From an uncultured Bacteroidales bacterium (GTDB lineage: Bacteria; Bacteroidota; Bacteroidia; Bacteroidales; PUMT01): 64,000 nt of DNA. The DNA lies in NCBI GenBank assembly GCA_964421595.1, contig CAYQXY010000001.1:70524-134523 (forward strand), written 5' to 3'. This document shows, piece by piece, positions 28,397-37,680 of this stretch (the stretch's first letter is position 1; each line of letters starts with the position of its first letter). Made by a program: the position numbers and the translations under genes. Under the pieces are notes generated by a model. That model was not told where the DNA came from. It saw nothing but the letters and a program-made list of their open reading frames with translations, and ran no database searches.

Positions 28397-29035
28397 TCAG
28401 TCTTCCTGTAATTGCTGCCCCTGTAATTCAACTCTTATATAATTAATGGCTCTCCATCTGTCTTCAGGGAGAATAAGAGTACCATGTTCAGCCATTACTC
28501 CGAAACCAAGGGAAATTACATGATAAATATTCCCATCCGGCAATTCTCTGGCCGTTTCATCTATTAACGATGAAGGTGGTACAAGGTATCTCCCCGATGT
28601 AAATATATGACCCAGTCCGTCGCCTTTTTCACCATGGCAAACCATGCAGTAAACAGAATAAACCTGGCTTCCCCTCTCTACTACCTGCGCTGTAGCGGGA
28701 AACGGGTTCAACAGTTCCTGCCCCGCCCTTTCACGGTCTTCGTCAGTCCTCTCGTACTGAAAAGGGATCATATTTCTCGGAATGGTGCCTTCAACAGGTG
28801 GCTGCATAGTCTTTCCGTCTTCAAGAACCGGGTTATCTGACCATGTCTGGTAAGCAGGAGAATAAAACATATCAGGGAAATAATCCCATCCGGGGTCGTT
28901 GGCACCCCGGTTGCATGAAGCAAATATCATTCCTGCGATAAGCATTATATATATTCTGCAGCCAAATAAACTTTTTCTCCCTGTATTTATATTAGTTTGC
29001 ATAGATCCAAAATTATGATTGCGGTTATCTTTCAA
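28397..29035 (-). CDS. actE: Alternative complex III subunit ActE (mono-heme cytochrome c lipoprotein)
   Basis: 212 aa with lipobox FASC and a single CMVCHG heme site. An internal start at 29002 is also possible. Confidence 0.75.
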   Translation of the reverse strand: MKDNRNHNFGSMQTNINTGRKSLFGCRIYIMLIAGMIFASCNRGANDPGWDYFPDMFYSPAYQTWSDNPVLEDGKTMQPPVEGTIPRNMIPFQYERTDEDRERAGQELLNPFPATAQVVERGSQVYSVYCMVCHGEKGDGLGHIFTSGRYLVPPSSLIDETARELPDGNIYHVISLGFGVMAEHGTLILPEDRWRAINYIRVELQGQQLQED

Positions 29036-29540
29036 CTATTTCAACAGCGCCATTTTCTTTAAGTATTTCCTTAGCCTGTGACCATCCGTCTTCACTTATT
29101 CCTTCATCCTGTCCGAGCGATATAATAAATTTATCATCTGATGCACGTGCAAACTGCTCATCAGCATCCTTACCCGGATATAATCCTGTTCGGACCTGAA
29201 ATACAGCCACTGTACCTGCGAAAGTCAGCAAAATGGTAAGAAGATAAATGACCACTACAAATGAGGGGAACGAAAAGACTGGTTTCCCTCCGTAAAGAAT
29301 TGGGTAATCAATAACAGCTGTATAATACAGAAACAAAAACACAAGAACAACGGCACTTGCTCCGGCAAAAACTGAGAAGTATGGCAGTCGGCTCTCCCTG
29401 CCCAGAAGTTTTAATACATCATGCACGGGGAAAGGCGTCCACGCATCCCTGATGGGAATGTTTTTTTCCTTTAGTTTTCCAATAGCACTGACCAGATCTC
29501 GGTCATTGTTAAACACTGCCAGCATATTAGTTTGATTCAT
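29025..29540 (-). CDS. actD: Alternative complex III subunit ActD (DUF3341-type membrane protein)
   Basis: 171 aa. It has an N-terminal soluble segment (AVFNNDRDLVSAIGKLKEKNI) plus two TM helices, and lies between actC and actE. Confidence 0.75.
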   Translation of the reverse strand: MNQTNMLAVFNNDRDLVSAIGKLKEKNIPIRDAWTPFPVHDVLKLLGRESRLPYFSVFAGASAVVLVFLFLYYTAVIDYPILYGGKPVFSFPSFVVVIYLLTILLTFAGTVAVFQVRTGLYPGKDADEQFARASDDKFIISLGQDEGISEDGWSQAKEILKENGAVEIVER

Positions 29541-29625
29541 CCGAATATAGTGTTGTTATCATGTTTAATATAAGTAAAACAATATCCATGTCACGTGGTT
29601 GCCACGGATCGATCACCCATGGATT
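29541..29625 (-). promoter_or_regulatory. Copy (b) of the upstream cassette, inside the 125-nt actC-actD spacer
   Basis: In gene sense it reads TCCATGGGTGATCGATCCGTGGCAACCACGTGACATGGATATTGTTTTACTTATATTAAACATGATAACAACACTATATTCGG-ATG. Confidence 0.55.
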
Positions 29626-29665
29626 ATTAGCCTCTTTTTGTATGCCCCGGTTCGTGAGTGATTCA

Positions 29666-31036
29666 TCATATATCAGATTTTTCATCATCCGGTTTATGCC
29701 CGGTAAGTCCCTTAACTTCAGAGATGGCTATCATTGGAATAAAGCGTATAAATAAAAGCATGCCAGCCGAAAATATACCAAAAGTACCTACATAAACCCC
29801 AATATCAACGATTGTCGGAGAAAAACTAACCCAGCTTGAAGGCAGGTAATCCTGGGCAAGCGATGATATAAGGATAATATATCTCTCGAACCACATCCCT
29901 ATATTGATAATTATTGAAATTGCAAGCATCCAGTTAAGGCTGGTCCTTATTCTCCGGAACCAGAAAAGTTGCGGTATCACTGCATTACATACAACCATTA
30001 TCCAGAAACCAGACGAGAAATTTCCTGTCGCCCTTGACTTGAAAAAAGTAAAGATCTCATAGGTGCTTCCGGAGTACCAGGCAATAAAAATTTCAGTCAG
30101 GTAAGCCAGTCCGATAACCATACTTCCAAATATCAATACCCTGGTAATCGAATTAAGATGCCTGTCAGTAATAAAGTCAGTCAGCGAAAAAGTTTTTCTT
30201 ATAAGGATCATAATTGTCAGAACCATCGCAAATCCGGAAAATATTGCACCAACGAAAAAGTAAGGAGGCAGGATAGTTGTATGCCAGCCCGGGATAACAG
30301 AAACAGCGAAATCAAGAGCTACGATTGTATGAACCGATACTACCAGCGGAGCTGCCAGTCCGCCAAGCACCTTCGATAACGCCTCATAACGAACCCAGTT
30401 CTGCACTGAACCTACCCAGCCCATACTGAAAAACCCGTAAATTCCTTTTTTAACTTTTGAAGTCGCCCTGTCTCTCAGAGTGGCAAGATCGGGAATCATC
30501 CCAAAATACCAGAGAGTAAGTGAAAGCAGAAGATATGTCGAAATTGCAAGCACGTCCCAGAAAAGCGGTGAATTGTAGTTTACCCATAGCGGACCTCGTG
30601 TATTGGGATAAGGCATAATAAAGAATATTAACCAGATACGTCCAAGGTGCAACGCCGGGAACAGCCCTGCGCACATTACGGCAAACACTGTCATAGCCTC
30701 TGCTGTCCTGTTTATGGCCGCAGTCCATTTAGCCCTGAAAACAATCAGGAATATAGTGAAGGCAGTACCGGCATGGCCTATACCTATCCACCACACAAAA
30801 TTTATAATATCCCATCCCCATCCTATGGAATTATTCAACCCCCATGTACCCAGGCCTTCTGTTACCGTTACATACATTGCCCATAGTCCGAATAATAATG
30901 CCAGGGTGGCAATGGTCATTGCAATATACCACCAGGTGGCAGGGCTTCTGTCTGTAGGGCCGGCTATATCACTTGTCACCCGGGAAAAGGATTTGTTTCC
31001 CGTTACAAGGGTGGGTCGGACTGCAGTGTTATACAT
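29666..31036 (-). CDS. actC: Alternative complex III subunit ActC (NrfD/PsrC-like quinol-interacting membrane subunit)
   Basis: 456 aa and polytopic (about 10 TM helices), immediately after actB. Confidence 0.8.
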   Translation of the reverse strand: MYNTAVRPTLVTGNKSFSRVTSDIAGPTDRSPATWWYIAMTIATLALLFGLWAMYVTVTEGLGTWGLNNSIGWGWDIINFVWWIGIGHAGTAFTIFLIVFRAKWTAAINRTAEAMTVFAVMCAGLFPALHLGRIWLIFFIMPYPNTRGPLWVNYNSPLFWDVLAISTYLLLSLTLWYFGMIPDLATLRDRATSKVKKGIYGFFSMGWVGSVQNWVRYEALSKVLGGLAAPLVVSVHTIVALDFAVSVIPGWHTTILPPYFFVGAIFSGFAMVLTIMILIRKTFSLTDFITDRHLNSITRVLIFGSMVIGLAYLTEIFIAWYSGSTYEIFTFFKSRATGNFSSGFWIMVVCNAVIPQLFWFRRIRTSLNWMLAISIIINIGMWFERYIILISSLAQDYLPSSWVSFSPTIVDIGVYVGTFGIFSAGMLLFIRFIPMIAISEVKGLTGHKPDDEKSDI

Positions 31037-31041
31037 ATCAA

Positions 31042-33996
31042 TCAGCTTTGTTTATTCTTTACTTTAGTTAGATAACCTACTGAAGGCAGGGTGTGCAGCT
31101 CCTCCAGCAGATGATAATTCCGTTTGTCCAGGAAAAGTTTATAGATACGGCTGTTCTTGTCGGCTAAATTTCCGAAGACGATTGCATTCGAGGGACAGGT
31201 CTGTGCACACGCAGGCATAACTTCATCTTCCCGCAATACCCTGTTCTCAGTTTTTGCCCGTATTTTTGCTTCCTGTATTCTTTGAACACAAAAAGTGCAT
31301 TTTTCAACAATACCTCTTTCCCTGACTGTTACATCAGGATTAAGAACCATTCGTCCAACATCGTCATTCATATAGTTATTGAACTTGTCACTTCTGGTAT
31401 AATTAAACCAGTTGAAGCGCCTTACTTTATAGGGACAGTTATTTATGCAGTATTTTGTGCCAATGCAGCGGACATAAGCCATCTGGTTAAGTCCTTCGTC
31501 ACTGTGATTAGTTGCTGCTACCGGACATACATTTTCACAGGGGGCATTATCACAATGCTGGCACAAGACGGGCATAAAATGAACATCGGGATTGTCGCTG
31601 CTGCCCGAATAATACCTGTCCGTTCTCATCCAGTGCATGATCCTTCTTCTGTAAACCTCCTCCTTCCCGATAACGGGAATATTATTTTCTGCCTGGCAGG
31701 CAATAACACATGAGCTGCAACCATTACATGCATTAAGGTCTATTGCCATACCCCAATGAAGTCCGTCATATACCACCTCTTCATAAAGAGTATACTTATG
31801 ATTCAGGATATTCTGCCGCATTTCATTCCCTGCAGAAGGGTTGTTCCTGTATTGCTCAAGTGTTGTTTCTCTTACAATTGCCCTGCCTTCCATGGAATGG
31901 TGGGTCTGGCTAAGGGCTATCCTGTGTTTTTTGCCGGTCTTCTCCATTGATGAAAGCAGACTTCTGTAACTAATGCTCCCGTTAATATATCCTGCCTGAC
32001 GAACCACATTCACACCTGTCCCCTCTGCTACCTTTCCTCCCACAGTACGTCCATATCCCATAGCAACCGAAACGGTGCCGGAAGTCTGTCCGGGCTGAAC
32101 AAGAACCGGTACCTCAATGCTATCGTTTATTAAAACCATATCGCCGGTCTCAAGCGAATAGGAAGCTGCGTCTGAAACTGATACCGCCAGAAAATTATCC
32201 CAGCATACTTTTGATATCGGATCAGGTAGTTCCTGAAGCCACGGATTATTAGCATGCTTTCCACTTCCAATAGCAACTGACTGAGTTATTTCAAGTTCAA
32301 AAATACTTTCGGGAGCTGTACCGGCAACAGCAGCTCCGGGCATACCATCTGAATACTGAACATTGAATTGCGGTTGCTGGTCTGTTGATGGGGGACCGGA
32401 CCATATGCCTTTCTGAAGCGTTTCAAGCCACAATATGCTTTCTGATGTTCCGGAATCAGGCAAAATATTATTCAGCCAGAATTCCTTCAGTCTTTCAGAA
32501 TAACTCTTTTCGCTACCGTTCCATACCAATAAACTGTCCTGCATCTGCCTTGTATTTCCCAGTGGCCTGATAACGGGCTGTTGAAGACTATACTGCCGGC
32601 TTACCGGCTCTGCATCCCCCCAGGATTCGAGGTAATGATGATCAGGACATATAAAATCACACAATTCAGCTGTCTCATCCGGTGCCCCGGCTAAAGATAC
32701 CTTCATCGAAACTTTTTCCATTCCGGCCGCAAACCCCTCGCCCAGCGGATGATCAAAAACAGGATTAACATTATGGATCAGGAGGGCAGATACCTCACCT
32801 CTCTCCATTTCATCAATAAGTGACAATATTGCAGCATCATCGCCCTGGCGAAGATTAACCGGATTTGAAAGATCAAGTGTATTTCCATAATTTCCAAGGG
32901 CATGGTTAATAGCATTTACCAGCACCTGATCGCCTGTTTCATTACTGCCGCATACAACCAGTGACCGGCCGATTTTCTCAAGCAGCCTTGCAGCCAGGCC
33001 ATCGAGAATATCAGCATAATGTGGCGTTGAAGACGGATTATTGCCCTTCACCTTCTGGAGAAGATATTCCAGTGCAGGATTCACCTCCGAAGGTTTAATC
33101 TGGATGCGTTCATCTGCATTGGCTCCTGTAAGCGAAAGGCCACTTTCAAAATGAATATGTTCTGACATTTCCGGATTGCCTTCAGTAACAATCCTTCCGG
33201 AAGCATATTGTCGTGCAAAACTTACAGGCAGTAACCAGGTTCCGAGGAAATCAGCGCCAAAACTTACAATTATTTCAGCCCTTTCAAAATGAATCGAGGG
33301 TATGGCCCTGGTTTCAAAACAAAGCCTGTTTGCCTCGAGAGGCGCTGAGAAAGAAAGCGGATCATACTGCACCCATTTTGAACCGGGATGCCCGTTAATA
33401 AAATCGTCTATAATTTCCCGGGTAGAAGGGCTGATTACCGTTCCTGTAAGCAGAACAATATTACCATCCATTCCCTGCGATGCAAAAAGACCTGCCCTTA
33501 TCCTTTCATCGGCATCATCCCAGCTTACAGGATTTTTATTCTCCAGCGGCGACCGGTAGCGGGCTGTATCGTACAGCTCCAGAACTGAGGACTGTACCCG
33601 GGCTGTTGCGCCGCCGGCCGAAATTTCCGACAGGTCATTGCCCTCAATCTTAATTGGCCGGCCGTCACGAACTTTAACTATAATACTTCCGTAATCATCA
33701 CCATCAAAAAAGGTGCTGGCATAATAATTAGACTCACCAGGGATTACCTCCTCAGGCTTGAACAAATAGGGTATTGCCTTTTGCACGGGTCGTTCACATC
33801 CGGCAACCAGGGCTGTTGTTGCAATGCTGAATCCGCAAATTTTCAGGAAGTCACGCCGGGAAGATGATAAATTCGCCGTGTCGCCCTCTACCAGGTCGCG
33901 TATCTCATTCCTGTCAATATCCTGATAATCTTCGAGATAATCTTTTTCAGGGCTGCTTTTGAGCTCTTCTAAACTTTTCCAGTATTTTTTATCCAT
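31042..33996 (-). CDS. actB: Alternative complex III subunit ActB (molybdopterin-oxidoreductase-like domain fused to a 4Fe-4S ferredoxin domain)
   Basis: It has a Tat signal (SRRDFLKICGF) and C-terminal cluster motifs CNGCSSCVIAC, CQHCDNAPCENVCP and CIGTKYCINNCP. I place the start at ATG 33996 (MDKKYWKSLEEL), which leaves a 5-nt gap after the actA stop. Confidence 0.85.
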   Translation of the reverse strand: MDKKYWKSLEELKSSPEKDYLEDYQDIDRNEIRDLVEGDTANLSSSRRDFLKICGFSIATTALVAGCERPVQKAIPYLFKPEEVIPGESNYYASTFFDGDDYGSIIVKVRDGRPIKIEGNDLSEISAGGATARVQSSVLELYDTARYRSPLENKNPVSWDDADERIRAGLFASQGMDGNIVLLTGTVISPSTREIIDDFINGHPGSKWVQYDPLSFSAPLEANRLCFETRAIPSIHFERAEIIVSFGADFLGTWLLPVSFARQYASGRIVTEGNPEMSEHIHFESGLSLTGANADERIQIKPSEVNPALEYLLQKVKGNNPSSTPHYADILDGLAARLLEKIGRSLVVCGSNETGDQVLVNAINHALGNYGNTLDLSNPVNLRQGDDAAILSLIDEMERGEVSALLIHNVNPVFDHPLGEGFAAGMEKVSMKVSLAGAPDETAELCDFICPDHHYLESWGDAEPVSRQYSLQQPVIRPLGNTRQMQDSLLVWNGSEKSYSERLKEFWLNNILPDSGTSESILWLETLQKGIWSGPPSTDQQPQFNVQYSDGMPGAAVAGTAPESIFELEITQSVAIGSGKHANNPWLQELPDPISKVCWDNFLAVSVSDAASYSLETGDMVLINDSIEVPVLVQPGQTSGTVSVAMGYGRTVGGKVAEGTGVNVVRQAGYINGSISYRSLLSSMEKTGKKHRIALSQTHHSMEGRAIVRETTLEQYRNNPSAGNEMRQNILNHKYTLYEEVVYDGLHWGMAIDLNACNGCSSCVIACQAENNIPVIGKEEVYRRRIMHWMRTDRYYSGSSDNPDVHFMPVLCQHCDNAPCENVCPVAATNHSDEGLNQMAYVRCIGTKYCINNCPYKVRRFNWFNYTRSDKFNNYMNDDVGRMVLNPDVTVRERGIVEKCTFCVQRIQEAKIRAKTENRVLREDEVMPACAQTCPSNAIVFGNLADKNSRIYKLFLDKRNYHLLEELHTLPSVGYLTKVKNKQS

Positions 33997-34001
33997 CTTA
34001 T

Positions 34002-35375
34002 TTAATAGTGACATTTCATGCAATCAGTCCCGCCGATCTCCCGTGCAGTTACAAGGTCTATCCTGCCTTCACGCAAATCGTCCCGTAAGAGCATGTAATC
34101 AGAATAAAATTCATTTGCGAAAATATCTACTTCATTGGTACGATGACAATCCAGGCACCATCCCATTGAAAGATCATTTACCTGTACCACACGATCCATT
34201 TGCTCAACCTCGCCGTGGCATTCGGCACAGTCGAGTCCGGCAACACCGACATGCTGGGCATGTGAGAAATGCGCATGGTCAGGAAGATTATAAACCCTGA
34301 CCCACCTAACCGGCATTTCGTTATCATATGCAGCAACTAGTTTATTGATTTCGAATCGTCCTGAATTTGTCCCTTCCCGCACTATAATATGGCAGTTCAT
34401 ACAGTGGGCAGCAGAAGGTATTCCGGCAGATTTGGAATATTCGGCAGTATTGTGGCAATAAAGACATTCTGTCTGGTTATCATTAACATGGACCGCATGT
34501 GAGAATTTAATTGGCTGATCAGGTTCATAATATTGCGAACGACCCAGGGCAATCGCTTCGTAAGAAATCATATCGACTATAAAAAATCCACTACCCAGAA
34601 TTATTACCAGATGTACCAGTTTGAAGGGAATTTTTTTGAATATTGTAAGATCGGCCAGGGCACCCATAAAAATAACCAGTAAGCCGATAAATATCAATGT
34701 ATTGGTAATTACAGGCCGTTCTGTTGTCTCATCAGCAGCATAACTATCCATAAAAGCCTTTATCTGAAAAAAATCACCATCAGATATATCATATCCTTCA
34801 TGTACCTCCATCATTTTTGCTGTTACAGGAGACATTACTACTGACCTCAGGGCAGCAACATCCCTTTCTCTGTTTGCGAGCGATATTTCATAAGCCGACG
34901 GATTCCAGTTAAATGTATCTGAAATGCCTGTATAATGGCAGGAAGCACATGAGGCTGCGTCAGCACCGAGAGGCAATAATCCTCTGAACAATCTCTCACC
35001 TCTTTTGATATCATCTGAAGTAACGGGCCTTACCACTGATTCATCTTCCTGAGTTACCGCAATATCATTTCCGGTGTCAGCATCAGCCTCTGTTTCAGTA
35101 ACAGGTTCTTCTGGTTCAGCCACATCTTCTTCTATCGCCGGATCCTGTCCTTCTGTTTCAGGATCCTGACCTTCTGTTTCAGGATCCTGACCTGCACTTC
35201 CGGCCTCCTGACCTACTGCTTCCCAGGCCAGATCTTCGGTATTCTGAATCCTGTCACTGGTTGCGGCGGCTGAAATCTGAAAATTTGACAGAGAAAGACT
35301 GATTAAAACAAAAAACATGCAAAACAAAAATAAACGTTTGCATGATCTGCTGAATATACCGGGTCGATTTTGCAT
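34002..35375 (-). CDS. actA: Alternative complex III subunit ActA, extended hexa-heme form
   Basis: Six CxxCH sites are present: CASCH, CLYCH, CMNCH, CAECH, CLDCH and CMKCH. There is a central TM helix. I place the start at ATG 35375 (MQNRPGIF...) rather than at the GTG at 35441. Confidence 0.8.
   Translation of the reverse strand: MQNRPGIFSRSCKRLFLFCMFFVLISLSLSNFQISAAATSDRIQNTEDLAWEAVGQEAGSAGQDPETEGQDPETEGQDPAIEEDVAEPEEPVTETEADADTGNDIAVTQEDESVVRPVTSDDIKRGERLFRGLLPLGADAASCASCHYTGISDTFNWNPSAYEISLANRERDVAALRSVVMSPVTAKMMEVHEGYDISDGDFFQIKAFMDSYAADETTERPVITNTLIFIGLLVIFMGALADLTIFKKIPFKLVHLVIILGSGFFIVDMISYEAIALGRSQYYEPDQPIKFSHAVHVNDNQTECLYCHNTAEYSKSAGIPSAAHCMNCHIIVREGTNSGRFEINKLVAAYDNEMPVRWVRVYNLPDHAHFSHAQHVGVAGLDCAECHGEVEQMDRVVQVNDLSMGWCLDCHRTNEVDIFANEFYSDYMLLRDDLREGRIDLVTAREIGGTDCMKCHY
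35140..35195. repeat. 21-bp tandem repeat inside actA (encodes GQDPETE acidic repeats)
   Basis: ggatcctgtccttctgtttca, ggatcctgaccttctgtttca and a partial ggatcctgacc... unit. The protein reads EGQDPETEGQDPETEGQDPAIE. Confidence 0.85.
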
Positions 35376-35608
35376 CACTACTTTATAAGTAATATTAAAA
35401 AAGCCCCTGTAACACATTATTCCTGGAAGTATTACAGGCACTCTTATTCAAGGATATTTGAAATTATTGATAAATATATAAAATTAAATAATTATCAATC
35501 CAAACGAAAATCAGTTTCTTAATAATTTAGAATAAGAATTAATCTACATGTTTGAATATGGATATTATTCAATTTTCTGAATTGGCTGGAATAGAGGGGG
35601 TTAGGTTT

Positions 35609-36232
35609 TTAGTTGCCGTAAAATATATGAACAAATCCGTTCTTGTTATACTCAGGTTCAGAAGATGTAATAACATAATAATAAACACCCGGACGAACTC
35701 TCAGTCCGGCAGGAGTTTTGCCATCCCAGTTAATTACAGGAGAGGTGTGTTTGTAAACTATGCTTCCGCTCCTGTCAAATATTGTAATATTAAGCGGCGT
35801 AACTCCATTCGATCTGACAATAAAAGAGTCATTGTAGCCATCTCCATCAGGCGTAAAAACATTGGGCACCTCAAATGTATCTGAAACCGTTACCTGAATA
35901 TTGCCAGTGAAACTAAGCAGTGGATTGCTGAGGTCAGTAACTGTGATTACTACAATGTAAGTTCCTGCCATCGGATAACTATGCATTATTACAGGGAGGT
36001 TTCCGGTCATACCATCACCAAAGTCCCATTCGAACCGGTAATTGAGAGTATCCTGCATTGTGAAGTGAACCGGCGAACCTGCTCCCGACTGGTAATAGCT
36101 TCTGAAGGTTACCGAAAATGAAGAGAGATTATCAATCTGATAATCGGCTGAAACTTCATCGATCTGAGCATTAACCGATACAAACGGGGCAATCAGGCAA
36201 AACAGAATCAGAACAGGCAGAAGTTTCTTCAT
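35609..36232 (-). CDS. Small PKD-domain protein with a T9SS type-B (gliding-motility) C-terminal sorting domain
   Basis: 207 aa with a signal peptide. PKD signature: WDFGDG...GTYIVVITVTD. C-terminal domain: PNVFTPDGDGYNDSFIV...GVYYYVI. Confidence 0.75.
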   Translation of the reverse strand: MKKLLPVLILFCLIAPFVSVNAQIDEVSADYQIDNLSSFSVTFRSYYQSGAGSPVHFTMQDTLNYRFEWDFGDGMTGNLPVIMHSYPMAGTYIVVITVTDLSNPLLSFTGNIQVTVSDTFEVPNVFTPDGDGYNDSFIVRSNGVTPLNITIFDRSGSIVYKHTSPVINWDGKTPAGLRVRPGVYYYVITSSEPEYNKNGFVHIFYGN

Positions 36233-36277
36233 ATAGTGACATATTTGACCAGATGGTTTTAAAACACCCGCAATTTA

Positions 36278-37402
36278 TTAAATTTTTTCAGTCAATCGTT
36301 TAACCAGCTTGAAATTATTAAAAAACTCCTTAGCAAATACCCTTATTACAGTATATGCGGGAATTGCAAGAAACATGCCCAGTATACCTGCAGTGCTGCC
36401 GGCTATCATGAGTACCAGAAAAATTTCCATTGGGTGAGCATGAACACTGCTGGAATATATCAGAGGCTGAAATACAAAATTGTCTATTAACTGAACGCCC
36501 GCAAATACAATCAGCATATAGGTGAGCATCGGCAGCATCTCATTATAGAATGACAGGTCAAGATGTGTCATAACCCCTATGAATATCCCAAGTGTAGCCC
36601 CTATTACCGGGCCAATATAAGGTATAACATTGAAAATGCCAACAAGTAACCCGATAACGAGCGCATTGTTGAACTTAATTCCTACCAGCAGCATGCCTGT
36701 TGTTATGAGAATTATGATAAAGGTAATCTGAAGGAATATGCCGATAAAATAACGCATTAAAAGATACCTGATAGAGGACATTGCATGGCGGACTGCATTT
36801 TCGTGGCCGGTGGGGACAAATATCAGTAAACCTTCAAGAAACAGGCGATCATCCTTTAGAAAGAAAAATGTCATGAATGTTATTGCAAAAGCAGCGATAA
36901 GGAGGTTACCCAGGAGTGTGGCGAATGAACCAAATATCAGGGTGAAGAATTCTATATTTAGAATGGAATTAAGTTTCGCTGACACGAATTCAGTGATGCT
37001 CAAATCTCTGAATGCATCAAGCCTGAACCGGTGCATAAAGGCCTCAAGTTGCTGGATAGGTTCCTTAAGGTTCCCGATAACAACTTCGGAATTAATGTTT
37101 CCAAGCTCACTTGCCTGAAAGGCAATAATAGGAATGAATATCCTGAAGAACAACAATAATAGCCCCCAGAGCAATACAACCCCTAAAATTGCACTTACAA
37201 TTCTCGGCACCCTTAAATTCCTATATCTGATTTTATCCAGCAATGCAACTACAGGGCGGCCTACCAGAGAGAGAACAAAGCTGATCAGGATAAAAAATAT
37301 TATAGACCGTAAGTGCCATAAAATAAACAACAGAGCCGCTAAACCAAGGATAATCAAAAATAATTTGATCCCGCTGTTTTTAATTTCAAATGTCTGATTC
37401 AA
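36278..37402 (-). CDS. AI-2E family transporter (PerM/UPF0118)
   Basis: 374 aa and polytopic, with a family-typical segment NVIPYIGPVIGATLGIFIG. Confidence 0.75.
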   Translation of the reverse strand: MNQTFEIKNSGIKLFLIILGLAALLFILWHLRSIIFFILISFVLSLVGRPVVALLDKIRYRNLRVPRIVSAILGVVLLWGLLLLFFRIFIPIIAFQASELGNINSEVVIGNLKEPIQQLEAFMHRFRLDAFRDLSITEFVSAKLNSILNIEFFTLIFGSFATLLGNLLIAAFAITFMTFFFLKDDRLFLEGLLIFVPTGHENAVRHAMSSIRYLLMRYFIGIFLQITFIIILITTGMLLVGIKFNNALVIGLLVGIFNVIPYIGPVIGATLGIFIGVMTHLDLSFYNEMLPMLTYMLIVFAGVQLIDNFVFQPLIYSSSVHAHPMEIFLVLMIAGSTAGILGMFLAIPAYTVIRVFAKEFFNNFKLVKRLTEKI

Positions 37403-37680
37403 TATTCTGAATTAAGAGTTTTGACTGGAGTAATAACATATCCGGTTGAAGTTATATAAATGACCAGAACCATAAAACTACGTAAAAATAACCAAAATGG
37501 CAGCATTACAAATTGAAGAAATAAATTACAGCGAGAAATAACTAATGGAAATTACCATCACAATGCAGTTGCAGTACAAAATCACTCTGTTTAATCAAGG
37601 TTGGATACCATTTTTATTTAATGGCATCAAATTTTAATTGCTTTGATTATCTTCGTGGCCTTAATTAAGAAATTTTATTT

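Noticed and set aside
29586-29623. parS site or TwoAYGGAY-type RNA motif in the cassette core (CACGTG; ACGGAT/ATGGAT on the opposite strand)
   Set aside because: Only a 6-8-nt fragment resembles the parS consensus TGTTTCACGTGAAACA. I could not place the AYGGAY hexamers in two hairpin loops as that motif requires. The resemblance is probably coincidental.
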